Shown: positions 24,823-38,169 of the stretch, one piece after another | Position numbering within the stretch: position 1 is the stretch's first letter | How the letters are laid out: every line of letters starts with the position of its first letter | From: Raja brachyura | Taxonomy: Eukaryota | Direction of reading: 5' to 3' | NCBI GenBank assembly: GCA_963514005.1 | Contig: OY740784.1 | Location: forward strand, 82,398,001 to 82,462,000 | DNA length: 64,000 nucleotides | The notes under the pieces: generated by a model | What the model was told of the DNA's origin: nothing | The model's database searches: none | The model's input: the letters and a program-made list of their open reading frames with translations, nothing else | Position numbers and translations under genes: made by a program

Positions 24823-25554
24823 TCTATTGTTTGGATTATCCAATATGGTTACTCATGGAGCAAATTTTTTCCCCTTGCCATCACCTCAACTTAAATAAAT
24901 ACAAAGTTAATTTCCGTTTAACGTAAGGATAAAAATGCAGAATTAATGCCTAATTGAAAAAAACATCATTATCATTTTTACAAATTATTGTATCGTGTGG
25001 AAAGATGAATCTCACCTCAAGATTCGGATTACTATCTGGTACAACATTGTTATAATTGAAAGCTGAAAGTTTGGTCCAAGGTTGGCAGAATGATGGGAGG
25101 GACAGGAATAGTCCATTGCACCCTGGCCTTTGCCCTGAAGATGATTCTTGCTTGGATGGTGTGCATGCTCATTCCATTGGGGAAATGGGATGACAAAAGG
25201 AGGAATGGCTTTGCCCTATGCATATACCAGTTCCTTCGTACCCCTATTCCTACCATAACATTAACAGGAGCAAAGAATGACAACATGCAGGATGTAAGTG
25301 GACACACAATGTTGAGGCACCAAACTCTCTGGCCTCCTGATACCTTCAATTTGGCCTCTTATAAAGGGAACTTCCATTCATATTTAAGTTTTCCCCCCAG
25401 CTCACGATCTTCAGTATTCTTCAATACTCACCCACCGTACCCGAGCAACTGTAAAATCCTCCACTAATCCCCCTTCAAACAAGTTAGCATGTTGAACCAC
25501 CTAGCTTAGGGATCCACATGAAATTACTGACACCAGAGACTGCTCACGTGCTAC

Positions 25555-25795
25555 CACAGAGTTGTGAGTGTGGAATTCTCTGCCTCAGAGGGCGATGGAG
25601 GCTGGTTCTCTGGCTACTTTTAAGAGAAGACTTGATAGGCCTCTGAAAGATAGCGAAGTCAGGGGATATGGGGAGAAGGCTGGAATGGGGTACTGATTGT
25701 GGATGATCAGCCATGATCAAATTGAATGGCGGTGCTGTCTTGAAGGGCCGAATGGCCTACTCCTGCACCTATTGTCTATTGTTTATTGTCTATTA
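25555..25795 (+). mobile_element. CR1-type LINE 3' end (same subfamily as 38170-39530)
   Basis: TGGAATTCTCTGCCTCAG..GGCCGAATGGCCTACTCCTGCACCTATTGTCTATTG tail shared with 39320-39530. Confidence 0.85.
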
Positions 25796-25814
25796 ACACC
25801 ACTTCATTTCTGAT

Positions 25815-26425
25815 GGAAGGTAGACACAAAATGCTGAAGTAGCGGGTCAGGCAGCATCTCTGGAGAGAATGAATGGATGGCGTTTCGGGTCGAGACCCTT
25901 CTTCAGACTGATGTCAGGGGAGTGGGCGAGATAGAATGTAGTCGGAGACAATAAGACTGGAAATGGGGAGGGGATAGAGAGAGATGGAAAGCAAGGGTTA
26001 TTTGAAGTTAGAGAAGTCAATGTTCATACCGCTGGGGTGTAAGCTACCCAAGTGAAATATGAGATGCTGTTCCTCCAATTTGCACTGGGTCTTATCTGAC
26101 AATGGAGGAAGCCCAGGACAGAAATGTCAGGTTGGGAATGGGTGGGGGAGTTAAAGTGGTGAGCAACCGGGAGATCAGGTAGGTTAAGGCGGACTGAACA
26201 GAGGTTTCCAGCGAAGACCAAGTGCAGCCGAGCCTGCACTTGGTCTTGCCGATTGAACAGAAATTAACACCTGGAACAGCAGATACAGTAGATGAGGTTG
26301 GAGGAGGTGCAAGTGAATCTCTGCCTCACCTGAAACGATGGTCGGGGTCCTTGGATGGAGTCGAGTGGGGAGGTAAAGGGACAAGTGTTACATCTCCTGC
26401 GGTTGCAGGGGAAAGTACCTGGGGT
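25815..26425 (-). mobile_element. Penelope-like (Neptune-type) element remnant: Cys-rich linker, GIY-YIG endonuclease, terminal repeat with hammerhead
   Basis: Minus strand reads PGTFPCNRRRCNTCPFT..FTCTSSNLIYCICCSRC and LPVAHHFNSPTHS; CTGAAGAAGGGTCTCGACCCGAAACGCC at 25879-25906. Confidence 0.85.
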
Positions 26426-27399
26426 GGGTGTGGTTTGATTGGTTTCCGATCTGTAGTGTACAGTGGTAGATATTGATGCTGTGAACTAAATAGATGTTTC
26501 CAGAACTTTCCAAGGCAGGCTCCAGGGCATTGCAATCCAAGATCTTAATAGAAGTAATGAGCGAACATTGATGTAGAGATAATCCTCTTGTCCATATGAT
26601 CTTCAACATTGTGGTCTCTCCTGCTTATTTCAATGAATCACTGCAGTCAGGATTGGATGAGTGACATCTTCTACATGAATCATTCAAGAAAATGTCACTG
26701 AAGTTACCACAATTATAACAAACTGCGTTTTGCAGAAATCCTTACTCAACAGATGATCAGATGGCAGCAGGATGACTCCCCTTGCCACTGACCACTGTCA
26801 TTCGCTGTGTGCTTTAGATGGAAACAAAATGAAACAGCATATGGTTCCAGTCATTCAGCAAAGTCCTTTTTCCATGAGGACTGAATGCCAGAACAAGGGT
26901 GACATTGCCTCATGGGCTTTGTTGAGAGTCGCCTTCTGTTCACTTTGTTTGTCAGGCATTTTGGTACTAGGAGGGAGCGGGTGGGGGGGAGGGTTCTGAC
27001 AACTATACTTGCAGAACAAATGAACATTGGAGGCATGGTAAATAATTCTGAAGACATGTTTCAAAATAAAAACAGGAAATGCTGGATAAAAAGGAAGAAT
27101 TTCATAAGCTAAGGATGAATTTCCCCATCTTCCAATCTACCTCATGCAGCCCTAACACTTTTTTTAATCTATACCTTTCTTGTCATTGAAGCACATTATT
27201 CTGCCTATTTTCTGTCTATATTTCCCTTTTGCAGTATCTGATAGTCATGTTTGGTATAATTCACCCAGAAAGCGCGCGAAACAAAGCTTTTCACTGCATC
27301 AGAGTGCAGAGGACAATAATAAACCAACATCAAACACACAGCAGGTCAAACAGCACATGTGGAGAGGGAATTAGAGTTATTGATTCAGGTCCAAGATCT

Positions 27400-27870
27400 G
27401 TTGTCAGAAATATGAAACGGTGAGAGAACAATGATATCTTGTGGAGACGTGCAAGAAGCGGATAAATCTGAGGGAATGATGATGATAAGACCAAGACCAA
27501 GACCAAAAGAGACACAGGTGGATTGGGTGGTGAAGAAGGGATAAGGCATGCTGCCATTCATAATTCAGGACATAGAATGGAATATTTGAGACATCATGCT
27601 GTGAACTTACCAAAAGCAGGTTATGCCACACGGAGATGTATGAGCAGTACTGGTCGCCACACTAAAGGATGTGATTATGTTGGAGAGAGTGCAGAGAAGA
27701 TTCATCTGAATGTTATCTGGATTGAAGGCCTTTAGTAATGGGGGAGATTGGATGGTCTGAGCTTGTTTCCATGGAGTGAAGGAGGCTGAGGGGTGTCCTG
27801 AGAGAAGCTTTGAAGATTGAGAAGCATAGACAAAATCTTTTCCAGTGGTAAGGATATCAAAAATATCAAT
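27400..27870 (+). mobile_element. Decayed CR1-type LINE fragment
   Basis: TTGGAGAGAGTGCAGAGAAGATTCA and GGAGGCTGAGGGG segments shared with other CR1 copies. Confidence 0.65.
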
Positions 27871-30199
27871 GTCATCATGGTCAGTTTTATCCCTCACCTA
27901 TTTCTCGCTAACAACAGATTATCTTTGATATTTCTCAGCGTTACTTGGGGGATTTTGCTGGGGGGGACAGGCTACTGATTTATCTTTCCGTTTTGAACAA
28001 CTGCTGCTGTTCAGTTAATGGTACCTTCAGCGGTCACAAATGGCATTGGAACATAGAATAACAGAGGAACATGCTCTACAGCCCACAATGACCATGCCAA
28101 ATATGATGCCAAGTTAAACCAAACTCCTCTTGTAGTTATATAAATACAAATTTATTTTCATCCAACTCTGAAGCTTAGAATATTTCTGTTTTATTAAGCT
28201 ATTTCCTTTTTAAATAAAAAGAGAAACACATCACTATGTACAAATCACTTTGGGCCATATTTGGCTCCAGATTTCAATTAATGGCAATAGCTCTTGAGGG
28301 TTCTTTAATACTTTTACCTGATTCATTGGGGTTTTGTTATTGCTATCAGTACAAGTGAACTAATTGATATTATTGTGGCTAACCAGGAAAACTGCACATC
28401 TTGCTGATCCTCTACGGTCAAGTATTTTGTTACACCTTTCCATCCTGCAGCTCAGTCTTTTGGGTGAGATGTCAACTCTGCATCCCCAGGCTCTTAGTAA
28501 TCGCTACTCATTCCGTGCCAAAGCTGCTTCGTGGAGATTTTAGCTGGCTTCCTCTCCATGCTTTACTTTTTTATCAGGATATAATTACCAGGTTTCTTGT
28601 TGAAGACCTTTCCTCCTCAAAAGCTTCTCTAGATAATGCACAGTCAAGATCATTTATACATTTCAGTATCAGTTCAGCCATCTCTTCGTAATCATTCTTA
28701 GTTCATAAATCCCAAATCGGAATAGATTATCTAGGAAGGAGCTTTTAACACACATGCGTCATGAGGTAGGAAACTAGAAGAAACATCCCAACCTCTCCAA
28801 CCTTGGTCATCTTACCTGGTATAAGTGCTTTGTTCTCCCAATTTCAGTAGTGACCCATTGACTCTGCTCCAACCAGCCTGTTCCTCTAACCTACAAAATG
28901 TAACCCACACACTCCATCATTTTGCCTGAACTAAACTTGTACAAATTCCTGTTCTAAAGCATGAGTTAAAAAACAGTGTAATTCACAGCTTCAGGTCTTT
29001 AAGAACTCACTATATAACTATGTCTGGATTTGACTAAATCATTGTCTTTCCAACTTTGAACTAGTACTTGGAAATGTATCAGAAGTAATGTGGACTTGGT
29101 GCCGGAAAGTGGAATTAGATGGGATAGTTTTATTTGATGGGATGAATCACTTCCTTCTATATTATATGACCCTGCATCTTGCACCGCATAGCTTCTGCCT
29201 TGACCTTGGTGTCATAGTAAACAAAAACTCATATTTGTAAATATAAGGGAACCATGAACTCTTTGAAGGAGTTTCGATGATTCTCTGGTGGGGGAGCACA
29301 TAATATCTCAGTTGCAATTCTATGGAATATGGAAAAGCTCGTTGTGTCTGAGTTAACCAACAGAAGCATACCCACCCATTGGATTGTCCACTGTGTGATG
29401 ATTGATGACCATTTAGAAATTATAGACCCCAGAGAAATGAACCACAATGGCTGCTAACGATGGAAAATGGGGAGGATGGCATGTGTTGCACCGATAGGGT
29501 AGATGTAGGAAAGGCCTAATGTCTAAAGCAACATGGCTATTGTCATTCACAGAGCTTTTCATGCACTGCTTGAAAGCTACAGTAATGCTGCTGATCATAC
29601 CACTGCATTAGGCAATAGATACCATGCATTAACTACGTCGGCAGGAACATTTAATAAAGAGGGCTTTCTTGTAAAGTAATGAGTTATATTCATGTCTGCC
29701 AGGGAAATAAATACCTTATTCATTAAGAAAACTTGAAGTTAAAAGATTTCTATCTCAAAAAGATTCCTGTAAAATGCCATAGAGCAGGGATGGTGGATAT
29801 TTCAGGGCTGCATGAAGAGGTTTTTTTAGGAATGCCATTTTGTCATCCAAAGTACCTAAAAAATACTGGATTTTTTTCATACTTTTACTTAAACATGGGC
29901 AATCTATGAACTTTGTTCCAGGCTATTTTTGATGTTGGAGTTTTGCTTTTGGCACAATTTTTTTTCCAAGTCTATTCCTTTATTTGTGTTCATTTTTTTT
30001 CCTGATGTAGGTTTGGTAACAAGTGACTTTTCTGTCTTGGATTTCTTCTGCCTTATGGTTTTACAAATGAAGCTCATGAACATGACTGTGGATGAATCCT
30101 GGAGCGATAATAGTGACAAGCAAACCTGTCATCTCCCCCTTTCTGTCCCCCTCTCACGTATTCATGTACACGTGAATTTTAATCCTACCATGACAGGCG

Positions 30200-30640
30200 G
30201 GATCAATGGGCAGACAAAATGCTTAAAATCTCCATCCTGGTGTCAATCTCAAAGTTCAACAACACCCAGGCAGAGCATGATCTTTAACTGGCTCCCCATC
30301 CATTCATCCATCCCCCTGGCCGTTCACTCCCTTCCCTACTCTTCCACAGTAGCTGCAGTGTGTATCATCTGCGAAATGCATTGCATTTACATGCCTTGAC
30401 CTGCATCGTCTCTTAAACCTGCAACTTCTGCCACCATGAAAAACAAGGGCTGCAGGTGTTTAAGAACTCAGCGTGCTCCTCTGAGTCACAGACCTGCCTG
30501 ACTTGGAAATATATCATCATCCTTCATCGTCACTGGAAATCCCATTTCAATGGTAGTGTGGGCACACCCTCGCCACATAAAATAACCACAGTTCAAGAAG
30601 ACTGCTCATTATCTACATCTAGTAAGGATGGTCTGATCAG
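30200..30640 (+). mobile_element. Old non-LTR retrotransposon 3' fragment (second copy ~46110-46405)
   Basis: Both loci share ..AAGGG..CAG, TTCAAGA.G....CA..A and CATTCAC.C.C-type segments of a common elasmobranch LINE 3' end; clade uncertain. Confidence 0.45.
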
Positions 30641-30844
30641 CAACACTTTCTGTAACTACAGTAAATATTTTTTGGAAACCCACAAAGTTCTGGGTTTAAC
30701 AGAGGCAGAGCAGTCTAGTAAAAGGAGGATGGGCACTATCTTAATGAAGGTGATTAAATCTCTTTTACAGGTTTAATCCTTGCTGTCCTGATGTCCCAGG
30801 CCTTGAGAAACCCAGACAAGAAGACAAATGGGTACACAAGAGAC

Positions 30845-30990
30845 TGTCGATACTGGATTCTTGAGTAAAAAAACAAACTGCTGGAGGAACTCAGCAGGTC
30901 AGCAGATCCAACGTTTCGGATCGGGAAGGAGAGTCCCGACCCGAAATGACGTCTGTCCATTTCCCTCCACAGATGCCGCATGACCAACCC
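30845..30990. mobile_element. Head-to-head Penelope terminal repeat fragments
   Basis: TGCTGGAGGAACTCAGCAGGTC..TTTCGGATCGGGA / TCCCGACCCGAAA..CCATTTCCCTCCACAGATGC. Confidence 0.7.
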
Positions 30991-31914
30991 CCTCCCCAAA
31001 AAAATATGGGTGATTAACTTTTCAATGCTGTTGGGTGAAAGGTGAGATGGAGCAGGAAACCTTTTTTTCCTGATGTTCCAAATTGCCCTGTGCTGTGGGT
31101 AAGGACCACCTCTCTCAATCAGAGCTCAGACACCTGAACGTTGGGTAGAGCACAGCTCACTCTCCCCTCTGTAGCTGCAGATTGGTCAGTTGTCTCTGTG
31201 TCCCCACCCCACCCTCAGCTGGAATACTGAGTAGGATTCATTGGTAAAAACTATAAGATAAGTTATTCATTGCAAAGACTAATATTGTCTCCGGCTGTGA
31301 ATTAGTGAGGTACGGAGTTCCGTCTCAGGGCCAGTGATAGGGTTGACCCTTTTCTCTCATCAACAGAATCTCACCTTCCAATCCCTCCACTCCCACCCCG
31401 ATTCCAACACACAGCACAGGACGGTAAACAGCAAACAAAAATAACATTGTAACCTGAGACTTCTAGACAATTGTTCATACACCAAAGGATGTTGTTATAC
31501 ATGCTTAACCTGTTGCTAATAAACTATAAAACATTATTACAACCCTCCAAAGTCATGGGCCTCGTTTTGTTGAGGCAGGCTAACTTACACGATCTCCCAG
31601 TATTTAACGATGTCCTTGTCATTTTAGGTTTCTAATTTTATGACTGGGAAGGGGATGGATATGGGATTTGACAGTGTTGTTGGGTTGGGCAGTGGAAGCA
31701 AGAAACCACGCACCTCAATGAAGAGGCCAGGCAACTGTACATCTTAATCAGATAGGTGGTTTGCGCAAGAAGAGGGGAATGTTAATTGACAATAACTTGC
31801 ATTCAATATACAATCAAATGCAGATAGAGGATTAAAAAGAGAAATAAAGATGGGATTGAGACAGAAAAAAAATTAAAAGCATGTTAACCCGTATCGCGCA
31901 CAGTTAAAGCCTTT

Positions 31915-32190
31915 TATAGAGTGATACAGTGTGGAAACAGGCCCTTCGGCCCAACTTGCCCACGTCCCAGCTACACTAGTCCCACCTGCCCGCATTTGGT
32001 CCATATCCCTCCAAGCCTGTCCTATCCATGTACCTGTCTAACTGACTCTGAAATGTTGAGAGAGTTCCAGCCCCAACTACCTCTTCTGACAGCTTGTTCC
32101 ATATACCCACCACCCTTGGTGTGAAAAAGTTACCCCTCAGATTTCTATTAAATCTTTTACCCGTCATCTTAAACCTATGTCCTTTCGTCC
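31915..32190 (-). mobile_element. CR1/HER1 LINE 3' end
   Basis: Minus ORF RFNRNLRGNFFTPRVVGIWNKL is the CR1 RT C-terminus; tail shared with HE1 SINE. Confidence 0.85.
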
Positions 32191-32224
32191 TCTAGCCTGT
32201 TGGAATTATATTGAATTTATAATG

Positions 32225-32555
32225 GTTAGTTTTCAGTGTTAGAGAAGTCATACAGCTTGGAAACAGGACCTAATCAGGCAATGACAGGAACTGGTGCTGA
32301 TTGTAAACCATCCAGTTTTTCGCCAATCATACCCAATCCCATTTTATTTTTCCAGCTATCCCCTAGATTCCACCCTTTACTTGCTCAGAGCTGTTTACAT
32401 TGGCCAATTAACCTGCAAATCTTTGGAATGTGGGAAGAAACCAGAGCACCTGGAGGAAAACCCCACAGTCACAGGGAGAACACGCAAGGTCAGGATTAAA
32501 CCAGGGCCTCTGATACCATGAAGCAGTGGCTCTACCAGCTGTGCCACTGTGCCGC
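32225..32555 (-). mobile_element. HE1/V-SINE, tRNA-derived
   Basis: CCAATTAACCTGCAAATCTTTGGAATGTGGGAAGAAACC..CCCACAGTCACAGGGAGAAC central domain; tRNA-like head at ~32490-32555. Confidence 0.75.
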
Positions 32556-34423
32556 ACATTGACTGCTGGCTGCTTGGCAGTAATTAATAGCTAGCATGGG
32601 GTTGAAAGGGGACTTAAGAGGTTAAATGTACGGCACCTCTCTGTAACCAGCGCAATATTGCCAAGCAAATAGATCAACAATGCCATTCAATGCATTTCAG
32701 CTGTGAAACAGACAGCACAATTCTGTTTTCACAAAGCTAAAAAAGGAACAATGTACCTTGGACAGAAACTTTTGGACTACTGATTAACCATGTATTTTCT
32801 CTAATTTGAAGATGCTGTTCTATCTGTGCAGAACTGTCAGTATTGTGGCCCTTCCTTTGAATTTCTATAATGTAAAACAGTTGTGCTGCTCAAATGGGGA
32901 CAAACATCTCAGGGTGGTACTAGTGTGAAGATGGGACAGGCAGTTATGTTACCGTAAGACCAGTGGTTGGATGGAGTGAGTATGGCACGAGTTAGAGTGC
33001 ATACAGATCTTGGAATGGTTTTGAAATGAGGCCTGAGATCCTGAGATAATTTCTGATCAGAGGAATTCTATCAAATAGGGCAATAAAAATGGTGAATTTA
33101 TTGACGCAACCCTGAAACAAATGTCCCTACCAACAATAAAATTAATTAATTTGCTAGGTCTAAACCAAAGCTGAAAGTTGAAGAAAAATATATGATTACA
33201 CATGTAGAATTTTTCACAAAAAAATATTAATGATATTAGTTCACATTGAGCCAATCTTCTGCTCCTCCAAAGAGAGATTCACAAACTAATTAATGAGGGT
33301 AGAATCATTTTAGTTATAGTAACCCAGAATCACAAATGAAATGTCCCACTCTCAACTAGTTCAATTGAAAAAAATAAATTGCTGGAGGAACTCAGCAGAT
33401 CAAGCAGTATCTACAGGAGGTGGGGGGAATTGTTGATGTTTTGATTGCACTTTGAAAAATGCATGTTTAGTGACAAGATGGGTTTAGTCAATAGAAATTG
33501 AACCTTATTGCTGTTCTAATGGTTTTTAACCAAGAAGTGCATTTTTCATGACTGCTGCTGAATTTGCTTTTCTAAATTAAGACATGGTGAAAATAGTATT
33601 TGATCACAAGGCATATTAGTTTAATGATATTTAAGGCTCATGGGTGTGATGGACTTTGTAAATTTTCCCCTGTGAAGCCTACTGCCTAACTGACAATCAA
33701 CTGCCCTCTCTTCAGAAAAAACTGTATCTGTACCTGCAACAGACCTTGATGGTGTTGCAAATGTGTCCGGAGCTGTCAGCTCTCCATGGTCAGAACTCCA
33801 CACTATTCTTTCCATGTATAAGGAACAGGGATGATCATAATCAGCCTGTCGCTGATTTGCGCAACAGATCTCCTCTGCTGCTGATGAAAAAAGAACACCC
33901 AATGTTCTGGATGAAGATTGTTCTCCTTCGACCCAAAGTGGGTAGCCTTGGGTTTCCCCACATTATATCTCCCACATCTACAGTATCTTCCCAACATACA
34001 CTCCCAATTCCCTACATACACTCACTTTGGGGCCTCAGCAGCAGTGGTATACTCCTTACAGATTTAACTGCTCTACCTGTGAGTTGCTGAGCTGCAATCA
34101 TCATTGTAAACACCATGGTTGTTACCACTGTTCTGGTGCTAAACTGCTGGTGTTGACAATCAGTCCTCCAGTGTATTGTTTTAAGTAATGTTATACACAT
34201 CTGGATTTGCTATCTTGAAATATACAAAACTACATAAAGATTGGCCAGACATCACATAGTTTGGAGGAGTATTTAGTTTAGTCTAGCCAACTAATTCTGT
34301 TGGAGAATTGCAAGAGTGATCCATCAGTAACCAGTCCAATGCTACCTCCACATTATAAGCATGCCCAAATCTGTCTCATTCTTGCAGTCATTTGACCATT
34401 TAAATTATCATTTTATTTCAATC

Positions 34424-34720
34424 TTAGTTTAATTTAGAAATACAGTGCCGAAATAGGCCCTTCAGCTTACTGAGTCCTTGCCAACCAGTAATCCCTGCAC
34501 ATTAACACTATCCTACACACACGAGGGACAATTTACAATTTTACCAAGTCAATTAACCAACAAACTTGCACATCTTTGGAGTGTGGGCGGAAACCAGGGA
34601 AAACCTGTGCAGGTCACGGGAGAACTTACAAACTCCATGCAGCCAAGCATTCGTGGTCAGGATCAAACCCGGCTCTCTGGTGCTGTAAGGCAGCAACTCT
34701 ACCGCTGCGCCACCATGCCA
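34424..34720 (-). mobile_element. HE1/V-SINE, near full length
   Basis: Minus strand GGCATGGTGGCGCAGCGGTAGAG (A box) .. GGTTTGATCC (B box), central domain, LINE-derived tail. Confidence 0.85.
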
Positions 34721-35420
34721 CCTTTATCTTAGAGTGGAAATGTCAAATGTCAAAGCAGAGCTTTAAGGTGAGAGGTGGATAGTTTAAAGGAAAAGTTATA
34801 GGTTATTTGTAAAAGTTCCACAAATGGCAATGAGGTGAACAACCAAGTTATCTGTTGTTGGATGACAGATAAATATTCACCTGAGCATCAGATCTTCTGA
34901 GCTCAATTCTGAAATGTTTGAGAATTTTCGCAAACGATAAAATCTCCTGCAATGTAGCGTTTTGTCGGATCTTAAGGCTCCTCAGAGCAGATGAATTACA
35001 TAAAACTTATCATCAGAGTAAAGCAAATTAATTTTGTGACAAATACCAAGTCTGAATTGGACACACGCACAACCATTGATCACAAACTTTATTGGCACTG
35101 AATTTGAGAATCTCTGGATTTCTTTAACTTGGCTCTATTAACTTCTAAAACCAACGGCATAGGCATTGGCATGTCTAAAGAGATAAATCATTAAGAAGAA
35201 AGTTAGAAAAAAGAAAGGGAAAGACAGAGAGTTGGAATGGTCCAGCCTAGTGGGAAGGTGATCAGCAGATGGGCACCTGGACATGGGACCTAGGATATGA
35301 CCTGGTCAGAAGCTCTTTGAACATAGATAAATGAAATGTGCCAATATGCAGAAAGTGTGTTCTCTGTGTTGTGCCTCAGTGCAGCAGATAGTACATTTTT
35401 GAGTATCTAAGCATGTTTTT

Positions 35421-35610
35421 ACACAAAGTACTGGAGGAACTCAGTGGGTCAGGCAGCATCTGAGAAGGGAATGGTCAGACAGTGTTTCGGGTCAGGACCC
35501 TTCTTCAGACTGGGTCTGTCCATTCCCTCCACAGATCTTACCTGACCCACTGAGTTCCTCCAGTATGTTGTGTTCAACTCAAGATTCCAGAAACTGCTGT
35601 TCCTTTTGTA
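35421..35610. mobile_element. Inverted pair of Penelope terminal repeats forming a long hairpin around a hammerhead core
   Basis: Arms 35421-35480 and 35514-35573 are near reverse complements; loop holds TTTCGGGTCAGGACCCTTCTTCAG. Confidence 0.85.
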
Positions 35611-37164
35611 AGTATATTTTTAATTGTCCCGTTGCTTGCTTTTCCAAGCTCCACTACACAATTACTAGTTATGGAGTTGTAGTTGAATATCGCAACAATG
35701 CAACACATAGAATAACTTGATTACCTTCCACCAGTATCAAGTCTTTGCTGTCTCTGCAAATTTAGTTTTGGAGAAGGATCTACATTTGCCTTTTTGTATA
35801 TTATTAACATTTCTCTTGACGTGTCTTCCTATAACGTGTCAGTGCTGGCTTTAAGAAGAGTGATAATATTGAGACAGGTTGAGCTAACTCATGGAAATTA
35901 CTTCTTGCATTGATTATTTTTAGGTTAGATGTATTGCCGTTCACAATACATGCATAGAAATATAAGTGTGCTAAAATATAATTGCATTTGATATGAATGG
36001 CCAATGATAATAGGTTAGAGATGTGCCCAACCTGTTTGCAATGGCAATATGTTGGATAACATTGAAAACATTACCTTGTCCATATCTTGCTGTTTTGCCA
36101 TTCTGTATTCAGAAAAAGGCATCCGCCTACCACACAGCACCAACACATGGAGAACCACAGGGGGGAAATGGAGGAGGACTGACTGTACTTTTGTGCATTC
36201 CACCACAGTGAAGAATGCTGTGGTGGATGTTTGTGTTAAATTTTTATTGTGTATTGTGTTTCTTTTTTGATTGTACCGCTGCTGGCAAATTCATTTCACT
36301 GCACTTTATTGTGTATGTGATGAATAAATCTGATTGATTCATTGTATATTGTAATGAAAAGTATCAAGCCCCATTTCAACAATTGAATCACAGACTCATT
36401 CATCCATGTGTTATAAACATTTCAGATGGACCTGCAAACCAGCAGGTGAGTCTGCTTCCCCATCCACACCTCAGCCCCTGATTATAGACATATTATGTTC
36501 ATATTAATGATTGGAGGGTGGAGTTACGCGCTATAGGATAGAGAACTTTATTTTGCAGTCTGCTTGTGAAAAGTGTCTCTCTTTAATCCTAGGCAACCAA
36601 CACCTGTCTCTCCTCTGCTCAGTTGGGAGATGAGGCAGCAGATGTTTGGAGCATATGCCATCTGGAGCAACTGCCCTCTTCCTCTCAATCCTGGTGCTCT
36701 CCAGGCTCTGCCTCATGCCCAACAGGCTCCAGATCTCCTTGCTCCTCTTCCTCTGGCACCGGCTCTAATCAGTGATTGGCAAGATCATACAGCCAGTGAT
36801 GAAGTCTCCCCTCGGACTAATGTCATGTTCTGAGGACCTATGCTGTTTTCCACCAATATCCTGATTTGTGTATGGCTCTCCTTGTAGCTGTTTTGATGGA
36901 GAGGTATGGCTCAGATCTTCCTGCACGTTGCTGACAGCTTTGAAAACCCAGGTTTGGGGATATAATGTTCACAAGAGAAATCCAGGAAGACGTGGTGCCT
37001 AGGGTTCAGCATCAGACACCATTGTTAGAGCATTTCAGCAGCTCATTGCTAGGCATCTCACAGCTTGATTTAAACACACTCCCACAGACTTTGGGAGGTA
37101 CCAGAGTAGCCTGCAGTGAGTTATGAGACTTCCAAGGCACCACTCTATTACTTGGTTGGCATTG

Positions 37165-37695
37165 CACAGGGTAGGGAAATCAAGATCTAGAAGGCGTAAG
37201 TTTAAGGTAAGAGAGGAAAGATTTAGTAGAAAAATAAGAGGCAACGTTTTCTCACAGAGGGGTAGTGGGTATATGTAATCAGCTGCCTGAAAGAAGCAGT
37301 GAGGGCAGGTGCAATAATAGCGTTTAAAAGTCATTTGGACAGGTGCATGAATAGGGAAAGTTTAGAGAGATATGGGCCAGGTGTGGGCAAATGGAACGTG
37401 CTTGGTTTGAGTATAATGGTTAGCATGGTGAGTTGGGCCGAAAGGCCTGTTTCAATGCTGTATGACTAAACGACCTTCGGGACCTCATGGGCATCCTTTT
37501 GACTCAGAGGAAAGACCGTGTCTGGAATGAACTGCCAGAGGAAGCTACAGAATACTTGGACAGATATGTGGATAGGAAGGGTTTAGATGGCAAGGGTACA
37601 AATACAGGCAACTGGGTTGAGCCCAGTATGCCAATTTTGTCAGCAAGACAAGATGGACTGAAGGGTCTGTTTCTATGCTGTATAACTCTATGATT
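37165..37695 (+). mobile_element. Two tandem CR1/HER1 LINE 3' ends
   Basis: TTTAAGGTAAGAGAGGAAAGATTT.. GGGCCGAAAGGCCTGTTTC..GCTGTATGACT, and a second copy ending CTGTATAACTCTATGA. Confidence 0.8.
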
Positions 37696-38169
37696 TCATA
37701 AACCTTAAGAGAGCTACCCCAGTATTGAACTGAGGTATCAGCCTAGATATTTTTGCTAAGGCATCCAGCATGGGATTAGAACCTCAACCCTCTGAATAAG
37801 CACACCTCTCTGAGCACTCTAGTATAATTTATAGAAACACTTAATTATGCTTCTCTTATTCACCCTGGAGTGATTAATGTATTTACACACCCTGCTCTTT
37901 TTTCCATCATAGCATTAAATAAGTTCACACGACTTATACAAAATTGCTTCTCAATAGTTTAAAAAATGTTAAAGAATCATTATTATGAGTGCAATGTGAT
38001 TGCCTATTTCTTTTATTTATTGTTGTGTACAACCTTCTTGCAGGTGCTTAACGTTTGTTTAACTTGCTAATTCGTGATCCTCAAAAAGGGCTTCTTAATT
38101 TATATGTGTGAATTCTGGAGCTATAACTTTAGAACTTAATGCAACACTGCAGCAGCTGCTAATCTCATT

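Noticed and set aside
24541-24898. ORFs spanning the N run
   Set aside because: Artefacts of the assembly gap.
34650-34720. tRNA gene (also 39840-39906)
   Set aside because: A and B boxes are the heads of tRNA-derived SINEs followed by the SINE body.
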